This document shows, piece after piece, positions 1-24,630 of a stretch of DNA of 64,000 bases (positions within the stretch are counted from its first letter, which is position 1; each line of letters begins with the position of its first letter). The position numbers and the translations under genes are program-made. The DNA is from the human T2T-CHM13v2.0 reference genome, Homo sapiens. The notes below the pieces were generated by a model. It had not been told where the DNA came from. It made no database searches and saw only the letters and a program-made list of their open reading frames with translations. Location: the NCBI RefSeq assembly GCF_009914755.1, contig NC_060926.1; one strand, written 5' to 3'.

Positions 1-182
1 TATCTAATCTTTTCTTCTTGTGCTGCTTATATATTAATTCAATAAATATCACTAGAAAGGGATGATGATGGAATACTAAGCCCTATCCCTTGTTTTCCTT
101 TCACTACAGGTTCTCCCTATGACTTCAGATAGAGAGCTGAGAAATAAGGGAGCAGAACCAAGTTAAAAGCTCAAAACCCTGA

Positions 183-1917
<1,735 letters not shown>

Positions 1918-2083
1918 ATAAAAAGCACCACCTTGCTATAAATTTGTTAAAAGCCTGGGAAACTGAAAAACAATTTCCATGAATTGTACAGTTCCACAAA
2001 AACTTTCCCTACTTTACTGTTTGCCAAAACACAAGTGAACCCCCCAAAACTATACTTTTTATTCCTTGCACGAAAAATCTCAC

Positions 2084-2138
2084 CTATCAATTTCTTCAAG
2101 TTTTTCATCTATCATTGGACCCATCTGTTGGCAGATAT
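2084..2138 (-). CDS. STAM2: STAM2 exon 11 (DICQQMGPMIDEKLEEIDR), GAT/coiled-coil region, 55 nt; gene continues beyond window start
   Basis: CAG acceptor, GTGAGA donor, frame continuous. Confidence 0.96.
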
Positions 2139-3134
2139 CTGTAAATACAAAAATACTTACAAATATAGAAACTTAATCCAGTTTAAGCCAATTTCAACAA
2201 TTTTTAACAATATAGCACCAATATACAACACTATGCATAATACACACAGATTAAGCTCATGCTAGAGAAAGACTACTATTCAGCACTACTACTACATATT
2301 ACTATCATGTGACTAAAAGCAAGGTCAACTTTAAAATAAAAACCTCATTATGTTTTCTTGAAACTATTAACTAAGTTGACAGACTGTGAAATCTGGAGTT
2401 ATCCCAAAGTCTTAAAGACATCTAGAAAACTATGATTAGTTAACTAAAACAAACTTAAGCCACAGTATATAAACTATGTAACCTTTGCCCATCAGATATG
2501 AAGATTTTTCATTTACTTAAGACATTTCAAGATTAAACATACTGTGTATTTCCCAATGTGAACACTGACACAATAAAGAGCACAACGCTGTATTCTATAT
2601 TCATAACCAGATGTTTCTTCTATATAAAGATTTAAGAATTATTTACCAGAGATTCTTATCCCAAAAGATTTTTTTTAAAGCATAAAAAACACGTTTTAAT
2701 TGTTCTCACATTTCTTAGAGACTAAAAGACACATCAACATGCATCAATTGACTATGTTATGAAGTTAACAATTATCATGTATAATTTTGTCCTTTAAATT
2801 CATAATACAAGAACATTAAACAGCAATAAGCATTTTAAACATTTTGACTCAATTTGATGTACTGTTATTTTTAATTCTGTCCTTTTTTGGACTGCAAAAA
2901 TCTTCAGCCAATTTTACTAGTGGGCTTAAAGAAATACAAATACTTGCTTTATGAAAAGGATTTGCAGGTTTATGACAATGCCTTCCAAGTAATACTTTTA
3001 CTATTTTACTGTACTAGTCTGTTCCCCACCGGAGATTTCTAACCTCTAGAGGCAAATACAAGGCAGAAGAAACTGAAGACATCATGAATAGCTAAAATAT
3101 TAAATAATATTAAAATAATATAAAATATTCACTA

Positions 3135-3227
<93 letters not shown>

Positions 3228-3368
3228 CTAAAAAAGTAACAGGACACTTTTCAAAAACTCAAGAGTTTTAACTTCAGTAAATATGAAATTACTCTTTCCA
3301 AGCATTCTCAAAGATAGTACATTTAAATGTCTTGATAGTTTAACTATTAAACAAAAGAGGGACCCTAC

Positions 3369-3451
3369 CTCATCTATATAAACAGGCTCAGGCTCTGATT
3401 TCTTAATTTCCTCCACATCATCATCAATTACATTCAATTTGTCCACAGCCG
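3369..3451 (-). CDS. STAM2: STAM2 exon 9 ([28 protein letters not shown]), 83 nt
   Basis: Within ORF track 3228-3446; TAG acceptor, GTAGGG donor. Confidence 0.96.
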
Positions 3452-3617
3452 CTATAGAAACAAAGTAATTTTAAGTTCCTCAGCATTTACTTCAGTAATT
3501 TTAGTCATTAATTTATAAGTGGCCTATGATTGTCCATAAGAAAAAAAAATAAAAGTCCTTCAAATATTCACCACATTTTATAATCAATATTACATACGTT
3601 TATTACATACGTTTGGT

Positions 3618-4790
3618 CATTTATTTCACAAACATTTATTTAGTACTCATTATGTGCCAGGCATTGTTCTAGGCATTTATACAGACACCGGTGAATAAAA
3701 CAGACAAGAATCCCTAACCTCTTGGAACTTAAAATTTTAGTGGAACAAGTGTACAATATAAACAGCAGCTGACATTTTAGGCATTTTCCTGAAAACTGAG
3801 TGTTACCACTGGGGTGAATAAATATATGACAGCAGACTATTATCTAGCAGATTATTAACTAGCTAATTTCATAGTTACATCTACGAGTTCCTTCTACACT
3901 CTTCCCTTCTATTTAAAAAAACTATTTCCTATATGAACAAAAAATAAAACTTATTTTAAGCTAACTTCGATAATAGTTAAAACAACACTAAACACAAAAG
4001 TTTTTCATGAAGAGAAGGTTGAAAAAAAACTTACAAATACATAAACCCAGAAAACTATTTAAATGTTCCCTGAGTATTGCTAGAATGTACCATATTTTAA
4101 CAAAGTAAATTTTGGTAAAAATAAAACTACAATAAAAACCTATGTAGCCAAACAATTTTAAATCCCAACTGTGAGTCATTTATTTCAAATATTTGGCTAA
4201 CTTTCAAAGAACAGAAGTCAGCATAACACAAGGATAAACTGAAAATCCACAATATTTTTTCCTCTTAATACTCTCCAGCCTATGTCAAGGAGAAACTGCT
4301 ATATAGAATCCCCTGAGCATGATCTATAAAGTTATTTTTTAAAGGTATCTCCAATATTCCTATCTACTTAGAGAGTCAGTTAAGAGGAATAAAATTATAA
4401 ATAATGGCAAAGTACTCTATATTCAAATCAGTGAGTATCAACCTCTCACGACTTCATTTTTCTGAATGTATCACTCTACACATACAAAGACGATGTTACA
4501 CATGCATAATGCTTTCATTTGAAGTTCTTTCTCCTGAACTGGCAAGGACTAGCACTGATATATCCCTCAGTGAGTCATTGTTAAGGTCAAACTGACTGAC
4601 TTTAGAATCCTGGCTCAATCACTTACTAGACACATAATCCCTCAGCCTCAGTGTCCTTATCTGTAAGACAGGGCAACAAAAGTAGCTATCTCACAGAACC
4701 GTGAGATTGAAATGCAATAGTACAGATGACTTAGCACAATGCCTGACAAATAATGAATGCTCAAAAACCAGTAACTATTTCTGATTACCA
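3618..4790. mobile_element. L2 3' end (~3618-3760) and MIR (~4590-4790)
   Basis: CAAACATTTATTTAGTACTCATTATGTGCCAGGCATTGTTCTAGG and CTCAGCCTCAGTGTCCTTATCTGTAAGACAGGG. Confidence 0.65.
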
Positions 4791-5474
4791 TCATTAGTAC
4801 TATTACGAGCTGTTCCTTTACACTCAGATCCCCCCACCTCCCTACCTGAATAACAAATGGAATGCTTTCTCAGCATGGTTGACAATGGCTAAAGTGACTA
4901 AAATGGAACTGTCTGTGGCTGCAGACTGACTAAAGTTCAGCAGATCTGAAACAGGAAGCTTAGTGGCTTGATTACATTACTTTGTTGTTATTGTTTCAAG
5001 CTCCCTAGGATCAAATCAAGGTGAGGAAAGGTCTAAAATTTAGGAGTACTCCTAACCCCAGTAATCATATTCGGCACTTGCCAACCACAACCTCCCCACA
5101 CCACTCCCGCTTTGCCTCTGTGGTTCACTGATGAATCAAAACACTCTTTGTACAGAATAGATATGAACTGCCTCTTACACTACATAGTTAGGTTGATTTA
5201 AATACCTGCATGGTCACAAATGATTTTATGCCTGACATTTAACTATGTATGCTAACTCTCAGAGGATGTAAAATAAGAGGAAATAATTCTTGGGATTGAC
5301 ACAGGCTAAATTAACCCCTTAATTTGGTTAAAAAGTAGGTTAGATTGTCATGCCTATAAAGAAATGATTTAAAACAAAAGTTAAATGCCAATCTACTTTA
5401 CATCCAAAACTGAAACATAAAATTTAAGTGAAAAAAACTTAAATAGATCTAATGTCGTCTAAGATTTAACTTAC

Positions 5475-5569
5475 CTGCCTCAGTCTCTATGTTTAAATTA
5501 GTTGTTACAAAATTGGATGGGAAAAGTCCTATTCCTCTGTGATTTTCTCCTTTCCACCAATTGGCATCA
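5475..5569 (-). CDS. STAM2: STAM2 exon 8 ([32 protein letters not shown]), SH3 C-terminal half, 95 nt
   Basis: WWKG and [10 protein letters not shown]3 motifs; TAG acceptor, GTAAGT donor. Confidence 0.98.
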
Positions 5570-5709
5570 CTAAAAATACAGTGCAAAAAATATCATTTGT
5601 TCCCCACATTTTAATACAATAAGCAAAGATGAATTAAAAATTAAATTTAGCCTCCTTTGAATATATCCGTTTACAAGCAGCTATAATTAAGTCATTTTTC
5701 TTAAATTTA

Positions 5710-8540
<2,831 letters not shown>

Positions 8541-9714
8541 TATTGAATAGACATTCTTAAGTATGAGTCTTATGGATGAATTAATGTCTATGATTATGAA
8601 ACATCATTTCATTTATGAGCACTAGAAAGAGATGAAAGAGTTATATATCATCCAAGTTCTTAAAGCCAGAAAATAACTGATGTATTGATGTACTGACAGT
8701 TCTAAGATATCATATCGGCAAATATCTATGGAAGATAGGAAAAATTTTCTTTCTCTTACAAACACATTTTTAAGTTAACTTTTCATTTTGAAAAGGAGAG
8801 CTGAACTTGAGAAATTTTTGTATAAAACGAGAAAACCCAAACCTGTGAAATGGATGCAAGCGTTTTATATGAACCTACCAACAACTGTATGTGTGTACCC
8901 TTCCTTAGTGGTTCTACCAATATAGGATAATTTTCCTCCCAGCCACTACTACAAACTCTTTGATGAAGCATAAAAGTAGGCAAAGCAACCAAATTGACAA
9001 CTCCTTCCCAGCCCTAATCCAGCTCTATATTCTCTCCACTGACTACAAGTTGATTCTATGGAATGTTGATAGCAAAAAAACATTGTTCAAGCTTAAATTC
9101 TCAAATTAAAGAAATTGGCACTCTAATTTTACACAAACCATTTAATAATTAAAGAAAATTTTAATGTAGCATTTATATTTAGAGCTTTTTATATTAAAAA
9201 AAGAATAAATCACAACTGAGTGAAAAACAAAAAATGATACAAGTGTAAAGAACATAAACCTCACCTTCAACAAACATTATTCAGCTAACATTTATGAAAA
9301 CCTACCATGGAGAAAATAGTACCTTCAGGCTAAGCACTGAAATTACAAAGATAATTAAGACACCATTTGTGCCCTCAAGAAGTTTAAAATCTAGCACAAA
9401 GCTGTAGTCCCAGCTACCCAGGAGGCTGAGGGAGGAGGCCTGCTTGAGGCCAGGAGTCCAGGCTGTAGCGTGCTATGCTCACGCCTGTGAATAACCACTG
9501 CACTCCAGCCTCGGTAACCCAGTCATACCCTATCTATAAAAACAAGAAAAAAAAATCTAGCAGTGTTTTACAATCTCTCCTACAGAACTGACTAAAAATA
9601 TGTTATCTTGCTTTACCTTCAGAATTTTTCTCCTTTCTCCTTCCTCCCACCCAAGGAAGTCATGAGCCTCTTCAGAATCAACTGATTTAGTAGAGAGACA
9701 TACGTAAAGAAGCG

Positions 9715-10050
9715 CAGTTTGCCCTCTGTATCTGGCAAGTGCTACATCCATGGACTCAACAAACCCCAAATCAAAAGTATTCATGAAAGATAAACAAAAA
9801 TGACAATAGAACAACAAAAAAAATTTTTAATACAATATATTGTATTTAAAAATACAATATAATGATTTGCATAGCATTTACATTGTATCAGGTACTATAA
9901 GTTATCTAGAGATAATTTAAAGTATACAGGAAGATGTGTGTAAGTTATATGCAAATATGACGCCATTTTATATCGAAGACTTGCATCTGTGGATTTTGGT
10001 ATCAACAGGGGTTCTGGAACCAACTCTCTAAGGAACTGAGAAATGACTCT
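9715..10050. mobile_element. Tigger3-type (TcMar) MITE
   Basis: CAGTTTGCCCTCTGTATC...CATCCATGGACTCAAC at the start and a degenerate inverted end; internal GCATAGCATTTACATTGTAT. Confidence 0.7.
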
Positions 10051-10788
10051 ATTTAAAATACAGTATGAGAAATGCTGTTACATATGTTCAGAGAGCTATA
10101 GCTCAAAGAAGAGAACTCTTAACTCCACTGGGAGCTAAAAAGCAGAGAAAGGTTGAAAGGCTTCTCAGAGGATATAAAATCTGACACGGGTTTTGAAGGT
10201 TAAGTAGGCACTTGCCAGGAGGAAAAGAAAATTAAGTCTGTGGAAATAAAAATGACATTTTGCCCTCCTGCCATTATTGATAAGCAAGAAAACAAGGCAC
10301 GAACAAACAAAAAACTCTGCACTCTGAGATAAAACAAAAAATGTTACCATATTTAGTTTTAGGTCTCAAAGTACATAAAAACTTGAGCCTTTCCTTTTAA
10401 CTACTGATTTCTTAACAAAAAGTACTCACCTGCTAACTTTTGCAATGACAATGACTGAAGGTAGTGATGTCCTTTATGGATATAATTATCACGTGAGAAA
10501 ACTGCTATTTCTACCATGAACATATAAATAGCAAACCTGGAAAAACCTGGTAACCTTGTGGGGGTCTTTTCCTTAAAATACCTGTTTTACTTTTTAACAT
10601 GGGGAGGCAACTTTTCTAAAGCCTGGACTCCCTTGCAAACTGTCCTTGAAAGTAAAGTTCTTTTCCTTTTCTAAATGCTTTTACCTCCTTCAGCAGGGCT
10701 TTCCAGGCAGACAGAACCAAAGGTGCAATGCTACAGAGGACTAAGCAGAAAATGGCATTTTTGGAACTGCAAGAATTCCACTTGATTA

Positions 10789-11857
<1,069 letters not shown>

Positions 11858-12486
11858 CAGCTCCATGGTTCTTAAATGGAGATCCAAGAATGATATATTT
11901 TCAAGGGACTTCAAGGGACTTCTGTGTGTGAAAATTTTATGCTTCAAATTCCACAAAAGTATAAAAACAATGAATAGAGTCATTTTCTGGATGACTTCCT
12001 TTTAACCAAAGACTGTCATTTAACTTTAGCATGCAAGTTTGCATTTGTCTACCAGCGATTACCAATCACCTAAAATGACAATATTTTACCCATAAGCATG
12101 CTTACAGCAACTATAAAAGTAGGGTGTCCTATCGTCAAAATGACAGCAATTGACCTACAAATTCCATCACATTCATGTTGAATTCTCTTAGCAGTTACAA
12201 ATAAAAAAGTTCTTTTTTGAGGTGATAAATCTTAACTGAAAATTGTTTTGTGAGCAGTAATTTATTTTAGAAAATTTTGTTATATAAAGTAATGCTCTAA
12301 ATTAAAATCTTAGACAAAACCACTCATTTTGTTTTTATTTTATAAATATCTTTAACTTCATAGTTGTATAAGAGTATCAAAACGGTAAACCTAAGTTCTT
12401 TTGTAAGTACTCTAACTAAAAGACACTCATAAGCCTGACATTTCAGACTGTCAGTGTTCAGAGCCCACACTATCTCTCCATCTTTA

Positions 12487-12680
12487 CAGACAGTGTCAAA
12501 CTCATGATGGCATGACTTACGATGGTGCAAAAGTGATACACACTCAGATACCCATAAACCATTCTGGTTTTTACTTTCAGTACAGTATTCAATAAGTTAC
12601 ATGAGATATTCAATACTTTATTATAATAAATAGGTTTTGTGTTAGATGATTTTGCCCAACTGTAGGCTAATATAAGTTGA
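12487..12680. mobile_element. Tigger4/MER46-type fragment
   Basis: ACTTACGATGGTGCAAAAGTGATAC...CAGTATTCAATAAGTTACATGAGATATTCAA...GATTTTGCCCAACTGTAGGCTAAT. Confidence 0.7.
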
Positions 12681-13768
12681 GAAACATCTGTATTTCTATC
12701 TATTCTCCTTCAGGGATCATGGTGTTCCACTCCAAATGATTATTTAAAAAATTTTTCTTTATGGAAAAAAGATTTTCTAAGTGAAGATGGTACTATCTTG
12801 ATTGCCTAAGAGACCTTCCTTTTCCCATCCTCAACTTCTTGCAAAATTTTTTATCTTATCAAAACCAATCAAGATACACACCTGAAATGGAGCCGCAGGA
12901 TAAGCCTTCTTTGCCAGATGCTTGCACCAAGTGTAAATCTGCTATCTGGGCTCCAACAGCACCTCTTTTATGGTATTCACCACATTCTGCCTTCCATACA
13001 ATTGTCTATATGGTAATTTTAACTCCCTTATTTTATTCTAGGTTTTATGAAGACAGAACTGTGTCCTCATTTGTTATTAAATAGTTGATTACATAACATT
13101 TTCTCAAGAAATATTTACCACAGTAAAGTAAAACCATTATTTATCTACCCTTTATTTAAAAAATACTAGAAATATATTAGACTAGTGTGTTATAAATAAC
13201 TAAGTTATTTATAATGGATACCAAATACATCTGCAATCTGTGTTCACAGCAACAAGCTTACTTCTCACTCTTGCTAAATTTCATGAATTTCTTTTAAAAG
13301 TACAGAACAGTATTAAGCTCTACAGAGATTGATCTATTTTTTATGACAGCTTTAAATGGCAGAGAAATTCTGAGGAGAATACAGTAGTAGATTAAGAATT
13401 GGGGAGGAGCCAAGTATAGCTTTTGGTGCTCTGATCAAGGGTATATTGCTATATTTCTTCCTAAAGTTTTTCTGCCAATAATTTCAGTACACACAACTGC
13501 CAACGTAAACATATTCAAGTAACTGAGTATTTACATGTTTCCCAATTGTGGTCATCAACAATATTATTTAATACATCTTTCATCCAAGATATAAATTATC
13601 AAATATAACAAACATAAATTATCAAATATAACGAGAAGAGGCTCACATTACATGCCTAACTTTTATTTTAGAAAAAACAAGGTATGAAATGGTTCTATTA
13701 TGATTTAAATACACTAAAAGTCAAAGAACTGAATACTCTGGATTCTAAATTAAGGGCATTACACTTTA

Positions 13769-13996
<228 letters not shown>

Positions 13997-14458
13997 TTAA
14001 AATGCAAAGAAACTGGAATTAATTTTGATAAAATAAACATTAGATGACAATGTAAAATTTAATAAGAATAAATCAAGCATTTTATTTGTCTAATTACATG
14101 CTACAGTTAACTTTCGGGAGGGTGGGGCAGGGCAGGGAACCATGACATTTTTAAAATAAAGTTTTTGCTCATTCTTTATTATCACGGTCTGTCATACACA
14201 GCAGCAATTATTTTTATAGCAAACAGATTGTGACATTATAATATGGGTAGCTTTCCATATAGGATAAGCCATGAACATATTTCTCTGCTTGACTCATAAC
14301 TTTGGCATTAAAAAAAGGTGAAATGTAATCTCTCCAAAGGTAGCACATCAAATACATATTACTGAAAAAAGATAATGAATTAAATTCATTTGATAGCATG
14401 TCATTTGTTTTCCTTACTTTTTGGATGCTACTAGTTTTTAGATTTGAGGTAAAAATAA

Positions 14459-16260
<1,802 letters not shown>

Positions 16261-17089
16261 TCTTTTTTTCTCTTTAATCTATGATTTAAAATAAAAGAAA
16301 ATATAGTACTTCTCATCGTCTCTTTCCCTAGCCCATATCTTAATATTAATGGGAAGGAATAAGGTACTGAGAGCAAAACCCAAGGAATAGTATTTTTCTC
16401 CCCTAGACCTAAAAAAACCAGCCCACTCCATGAGTCAACATCCCTGCCTCCACACCCCAGTTCTACTAAAGCTATCCCTTCTCCCAGCAAATAAATTTCT
16501 AGTCTTACATTTCCATCCATCTTGTATGTGAAGCATTCACTCTAGGCATATTCACTCTTCAACAAACAAGTCTTGAGCCTCTCAATTCCATGAATTTGTT
16601 CATTTCACTTACCTCCTGATATGACTTCTTCACTTCTCTCTAACAAAATATTAATACATTCAAGTCTCAAAATTCTACCTCTTTACCTTCTTCACCATTC
16701 CAATCTGTAGTCACCTCTTTCTCTCTTTGGTATTAAGATAGACAGTATGCAGTCTATTCCCCTCATCCTGTATTTGTCACTTACAATCTAAATTAGTTAT
16801 TTTTCACATGTATAAAGCTATCATTCAAATTTGCTACAAATTTCTTGAATATAAGGGGTATGTCATACACCTATGCCTTTTGCATGACTGTAGACTTAGA
16901 GGAACATTAAATACACTATGTCTGATTAACTTCACAAGGTTCTGATATGTGGAAGAAATACACATAAAAACTAGAATGTCTACTAAACGTAAGGAAGGCA
17001 CTATGCTAGAGAGTCATTTGGGAAGTAAAGGTGGAAAATGATAATCTAGACATACCTTGCCTAGTCTTTACATAACATACATACCTTCA

Positions 17090-17281
<192 letters not shown>

Positions 17282-17960
17282 TTAAGGAAAAGGAAAGGAA
17301 AATAAACAAAAATCTACGGTTAAAATAAGTACTTAAATTATTTAACAAGGAGAATTACCATCAAAATTCTCTTTAATTATATGAACATCAACAAAAGTCC
17401 TGAAATTTCTAGCCTAGTTGAGTAATTGATAGATGCCTATTTACATGTTGTGATATAGTTGTTTCATACAAAATGACTGTTTTTAACACCAATTCCTAAG
17501 TCTTACTATAATGACAACAGATCTTTTATATTCAGAGATTATTTCCTCCATGTTTCGGAGAATGGAGCCAGAGAAACCTGGATGTAAATCATGGCTATTC
17601 CAGTTACCAGCTGCATGACCTTGGACAAGTTACTTCTAAGTCTCAGTTTTTGCATTTATAAAATAAGAATGATAAGGGAATCTAACTTCCAAGAATCTAA
17701 TGCTCCAAAGGTAGTTAAGAGCATTCAACAAGACAGTATATGTAAAATGCTTAAAGTAATGACTACTTACTAGCCCTCAAAAAGGATTTGCTATTATTTA
17801 CAGTATATATACTTTGGGGAGAATAGTTTTTGGTGCTACAAATTAAAAAATCAAATTTCAGAACAGTTTATTTCATTTCAATGATCTAAAAATGACTTCA
17901 TTTATAATACTTTAGTAATGCCACATATAGTTATAATGACACACAATCTACATTTTTTTA

Positions 17961-18092
<132 letters not shown>

Positions 18093-18170
18093 CTATTAAT
18101 TGAAATAAAAATATATGAATATTGAAATATTAACTTACTGTAATTAAAAACACATTTAAAATTTGCGTCA

Positions 18171-18323
<153 letters not shown>

Positions 18324-19357
18324 TCAAACATTAAGGTATTATTCTATTACCAAATAATTTTATATTTAATGGCTCATGCCTGTAATTCCAACACTTCGGG
18401 AAGCCAAGGCGGGAGGATCACTCGAGCCCATGAATTTGAGACCAGCCTGGAAAACAAAGTAAGATCTCATCTCTATAAAAAACTTAAAAATTAGCTGGGC
18501 ATGGTGGCATGTGTCTGTACTCCTAGCTACTCAGGAGGCTGAGGCAAGAGGACTGCTTGAGCCCAGGAAGCTGCTGTGAGCTGTGTCATGCCACTATACT
18601 CCAGCCTGGATGACAGAGACCGTGTCTCAAAATAAAGAAAGTATAAAATAAAAATAAACTAAACTAAAATCCTGGAAATTTCATATTGTTAAAGGAATAA
18701 ATCTATAAAATGATTTTACACAATATTTTGTTTATAGGCTCATAGAACTTTAAAAAAAAAAAGCATGTTGCAAATGTTGTGTATTCCAAAATTAAGAGAC
18801 AAACCATTTCACAAAAGATCTGTCAACACAAGAGACGTATACCAGATCTTTCTATTTCTTCAAGACAGGTTTAGCTTTCAAACAGCAAAAGCTTATCTTG
18901 AAAAAAATCTAACATGATATACAATTTTAAGAGGTTCAAGTATAAACATGTGAATGTACTATGAAAAGCTTTAATGTTAAAACAAATGCTTTCATCACTC
19001 TTCTAAATTTCTAACATATAGTTCAGCTAATTGCCACATCTCCCCAAAAGCACTTTTTTATATTCACTTTTTTCATTGTTAATCTATTATATTTATATGT
19101 ATATTATTTGAAGACTTTTTTGTTATATTATCTACTGTGTTATCTACTTCATTATTTAAAAGTTCCCATACATATAGAAGTCCCAGAGGAATTCCTTAAA
19201 TAACTCACCTATACATTGTTATCATGTATCCTATTGTGTCAAGGCTTTAATTATGTGTGTTACTATAGCAGATTTTCAGTTGAACTCTTTTTCATGTAAG
19301 TTAATCCCATAAATCCAGCATTCAGGCTTTTTTAACTTTTATGTCCCAAAAGTAAAA

Positions 19358-20017
<660 letters not shown>

Positions 20018-20112
20018 TGATAAAGTCTCATTTTCCTCTCAAAGTTACATCACAAAAAGAGACACTGGTTATCAAGTTCCTAGACATTCACTGAGCATGA
20101 CTGGACATCTTA

Positions 20113-20238
<126 letters not shown>

Positions 20239-21100
20239 TCATATAACACTAAAATACCAGTAAAGGTCCAACAGTTAAGAAATCCTACCTTTTCTATTGC
20301 CGAAGATACTACAGACGACCTTCAGAAGACAAAAGTACTTCTACTAACTTCAATTTTAAATTGTATAATTAAATGAACTAAATATCTTGAGGTAAAGCAA
20401 TAAAATGCCTTCTAAATAAACAAATTACTAAGTATCAATAATCCCATCAAATTCTAATTTGGAAGAAAGTTTTAAAGATGTATAATCCGGGCCGGGCATG
20501 GTGGCTCATGCCTGTAATCCCAGGCATGGGAGGCCAAGGCAGGAAGATCGTTTGAGGCCAGGAGTTCGAGACCAGCCTGGGCAATATAGATAGACCCTGT
20601 TTCTACGAAAAATAAATTTTAAAAATTAGCCAGGCATGGTGGCAAATGCCTGTAATCTTAGCTACTTGGGAGGCTGAAATGGGAGGATTGCTTGAGCCTA
20701 TGACCTCAAGGCTGCAGTGAGCTATTATCATGCTACCGCACTCCAGCCTGGATGACAGGGTGAGACTCTACCTCTTAAAAAAATTAGAAAGTATATCATA
20801 CAAGTAAATATGCACTACACTGTCCAATAAAGCATTGGTTTTGTAAATTTTTTTAATAGATAAGGGGTCTCACTATGTTGCCCAGGCTGGTCTTGAACTC
20901 CTGGGCTCATGGAATCCTCCTTGGCTCCCAAATGTTGGGATTACAGGCCACTGCACCCAGCCTGAAGCACTGTTTTCAATAGCAAAAAGGAAAATTGATT
21001 AATAAATTCATACAACGAAATATGAAATGAGGAATACAAAATTAAATGAACAAAAATTTATGAATCTCAAAATATGATTTGCTTGGGCTTATAACGCTGA

Positions 21101-21278
<178 letters not shown>

Positions 21279-21459
21279 TAGCTGAGACTACAGGCGCCTG
21301 CCACCACACTCGGCTAATTCTTGTATTTTTAGTAGAGATGGGGTTTCACCATATTGGTCAGGCTGGTCTCAAACTCCTGACCTTGTGATCCGCCCACCTC
21401 AGCCTCCCAAAGTGCTAGGACTGATTACAGACATAAGCCACCGCACCCAGCTACATGAG

Positions 21460-22760
<1,301 letters not shown>

Positions 22761-23851
22761 GTTTCACAACATCCAAAAAATACACCATATTCTTTAGGGA
22801 TATATACACAGGTAGTAAAAATATTAGAATGCAGGAGAATGATAAACATCAAACTTGAGGGGGGTTCAAAAGAAGACAGGGGCTTCATTGTATTTATAAA
22901 GGTTTATTAAGTTGTACAGTATGTGTGTAGAAAATATTTTCAATATCTTTTTTTGTGGTCTGAAATATTACATGATCAAAGTAAAAACTGACAAGTAATT
23001 AACCTGCATTGTGAGAAATAAAATAAATTAATTAAAGGTAAACTGTTAAAAAGCATGATCAGAATATAATGATTGAGTTACAGAGCATTTTTACTTTATT
23101 AACTTTTACAAAAATTTCAATATCAAAGAATACAATTTTTTCTGCTAGTATGGAGAGGTGGAGATATAAAAAGTACCACTTTAGAAACACTGTATCACAT
23201 TTTATGTCTTTTCCTCTTTATTATATATACCTTGTAATTTCAAATATAGAATAATCTAGCAAAACATACATATATATATATGAATGACAGGTAATATCAC
23301 AGTGATCATCAGGAAAGATGGTAGGAATCCAGAGTAATTTCTTTTTTTTTTTTAATAGCAAGGAATAATCAAAAGAAGCCAAAAAATGAACAGGCTTAGC
23401 AAACAACTATACTTCGTGAGTAAAGAGAAACACACCAATGCAGTTAACCTCAGTTAAATACTGGAACTCGCTTTAAAAAGCCATGCAAATTGCCTACTAC
23501 TTATGGATGGAAAGCAATTGTTTTGACATGTGATGAAATGACAAACCAGGGTTTTTAGAAAAGTAATACATTTTTGCCTACTGAAAGTTCTAAATCCAGG
23601 CACCAAATGCTACGCAGGCAAAACATACCTACTCAGGTTTTCACCTTCTTCCCTTGTGCCAAAAAGACTATTGCTTTGGAAAGTCAGAGCAGACTATACT
23701 GTTTTAGAGGCTTAAAAGGCTTAACTATTTCTGAACTACATATCTAATAAATTCCATGAATTTAGAAGTACAGACAAGGAAAAACCTCCTAATTCTACGA
23801 ATCCTTTTTCCAATCCCTTTTAAAACTATGATGCATATCCTTCCAGACATT

Positions 23852-23853
<2 letters not shown>

Positions 23854-23888
<35 letters not shown>
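23854..23888. repeat. (CA)n microsatellite
   Basis: Directly visible. Confidence 0.95.
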
Positions 23889-23890
<2 letters not shown>

Positions 23891-24252
23891 AAAATAATAA
23901 AAGTTAATGCAAAATTAAATAAAATAGTATAAGGTGTATAAAGGCAGCACCCAAAAACAGACAACTCCTTCCTTGGTTAAGCTATGAACAAGACGAGAAA
24001 CAAAACAGAATAAAATAACACTTTTGTTATTAACAGAAGCTTTAGATACACTAGCCAAATGAATTTGTTAATAGTGAACCCCAGAAGTGGGCATGCCTTA
24101 GCACTAGAGAGGGGAAGGCCTCTCCCTGCAGGGGTAAGGCTCTGCATAACTTATTCCATGGAGAAGCAAATGAAAAATCACTCAGTGGTGGTGGAAAGAC
24201 TAGCTAGTCCTACACAGAAGGGCATATGTAAGACCAGTTACTCTCAAACTTA

Positions 24253-24630
<378 letters not shown>

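Noticed and set aside
13588-13632. Short local tandem duplications (also ~3588-3613, ~11900-11922, ~41565-41610)
   Set aside because: Ordinary slippage events with no sign of function.
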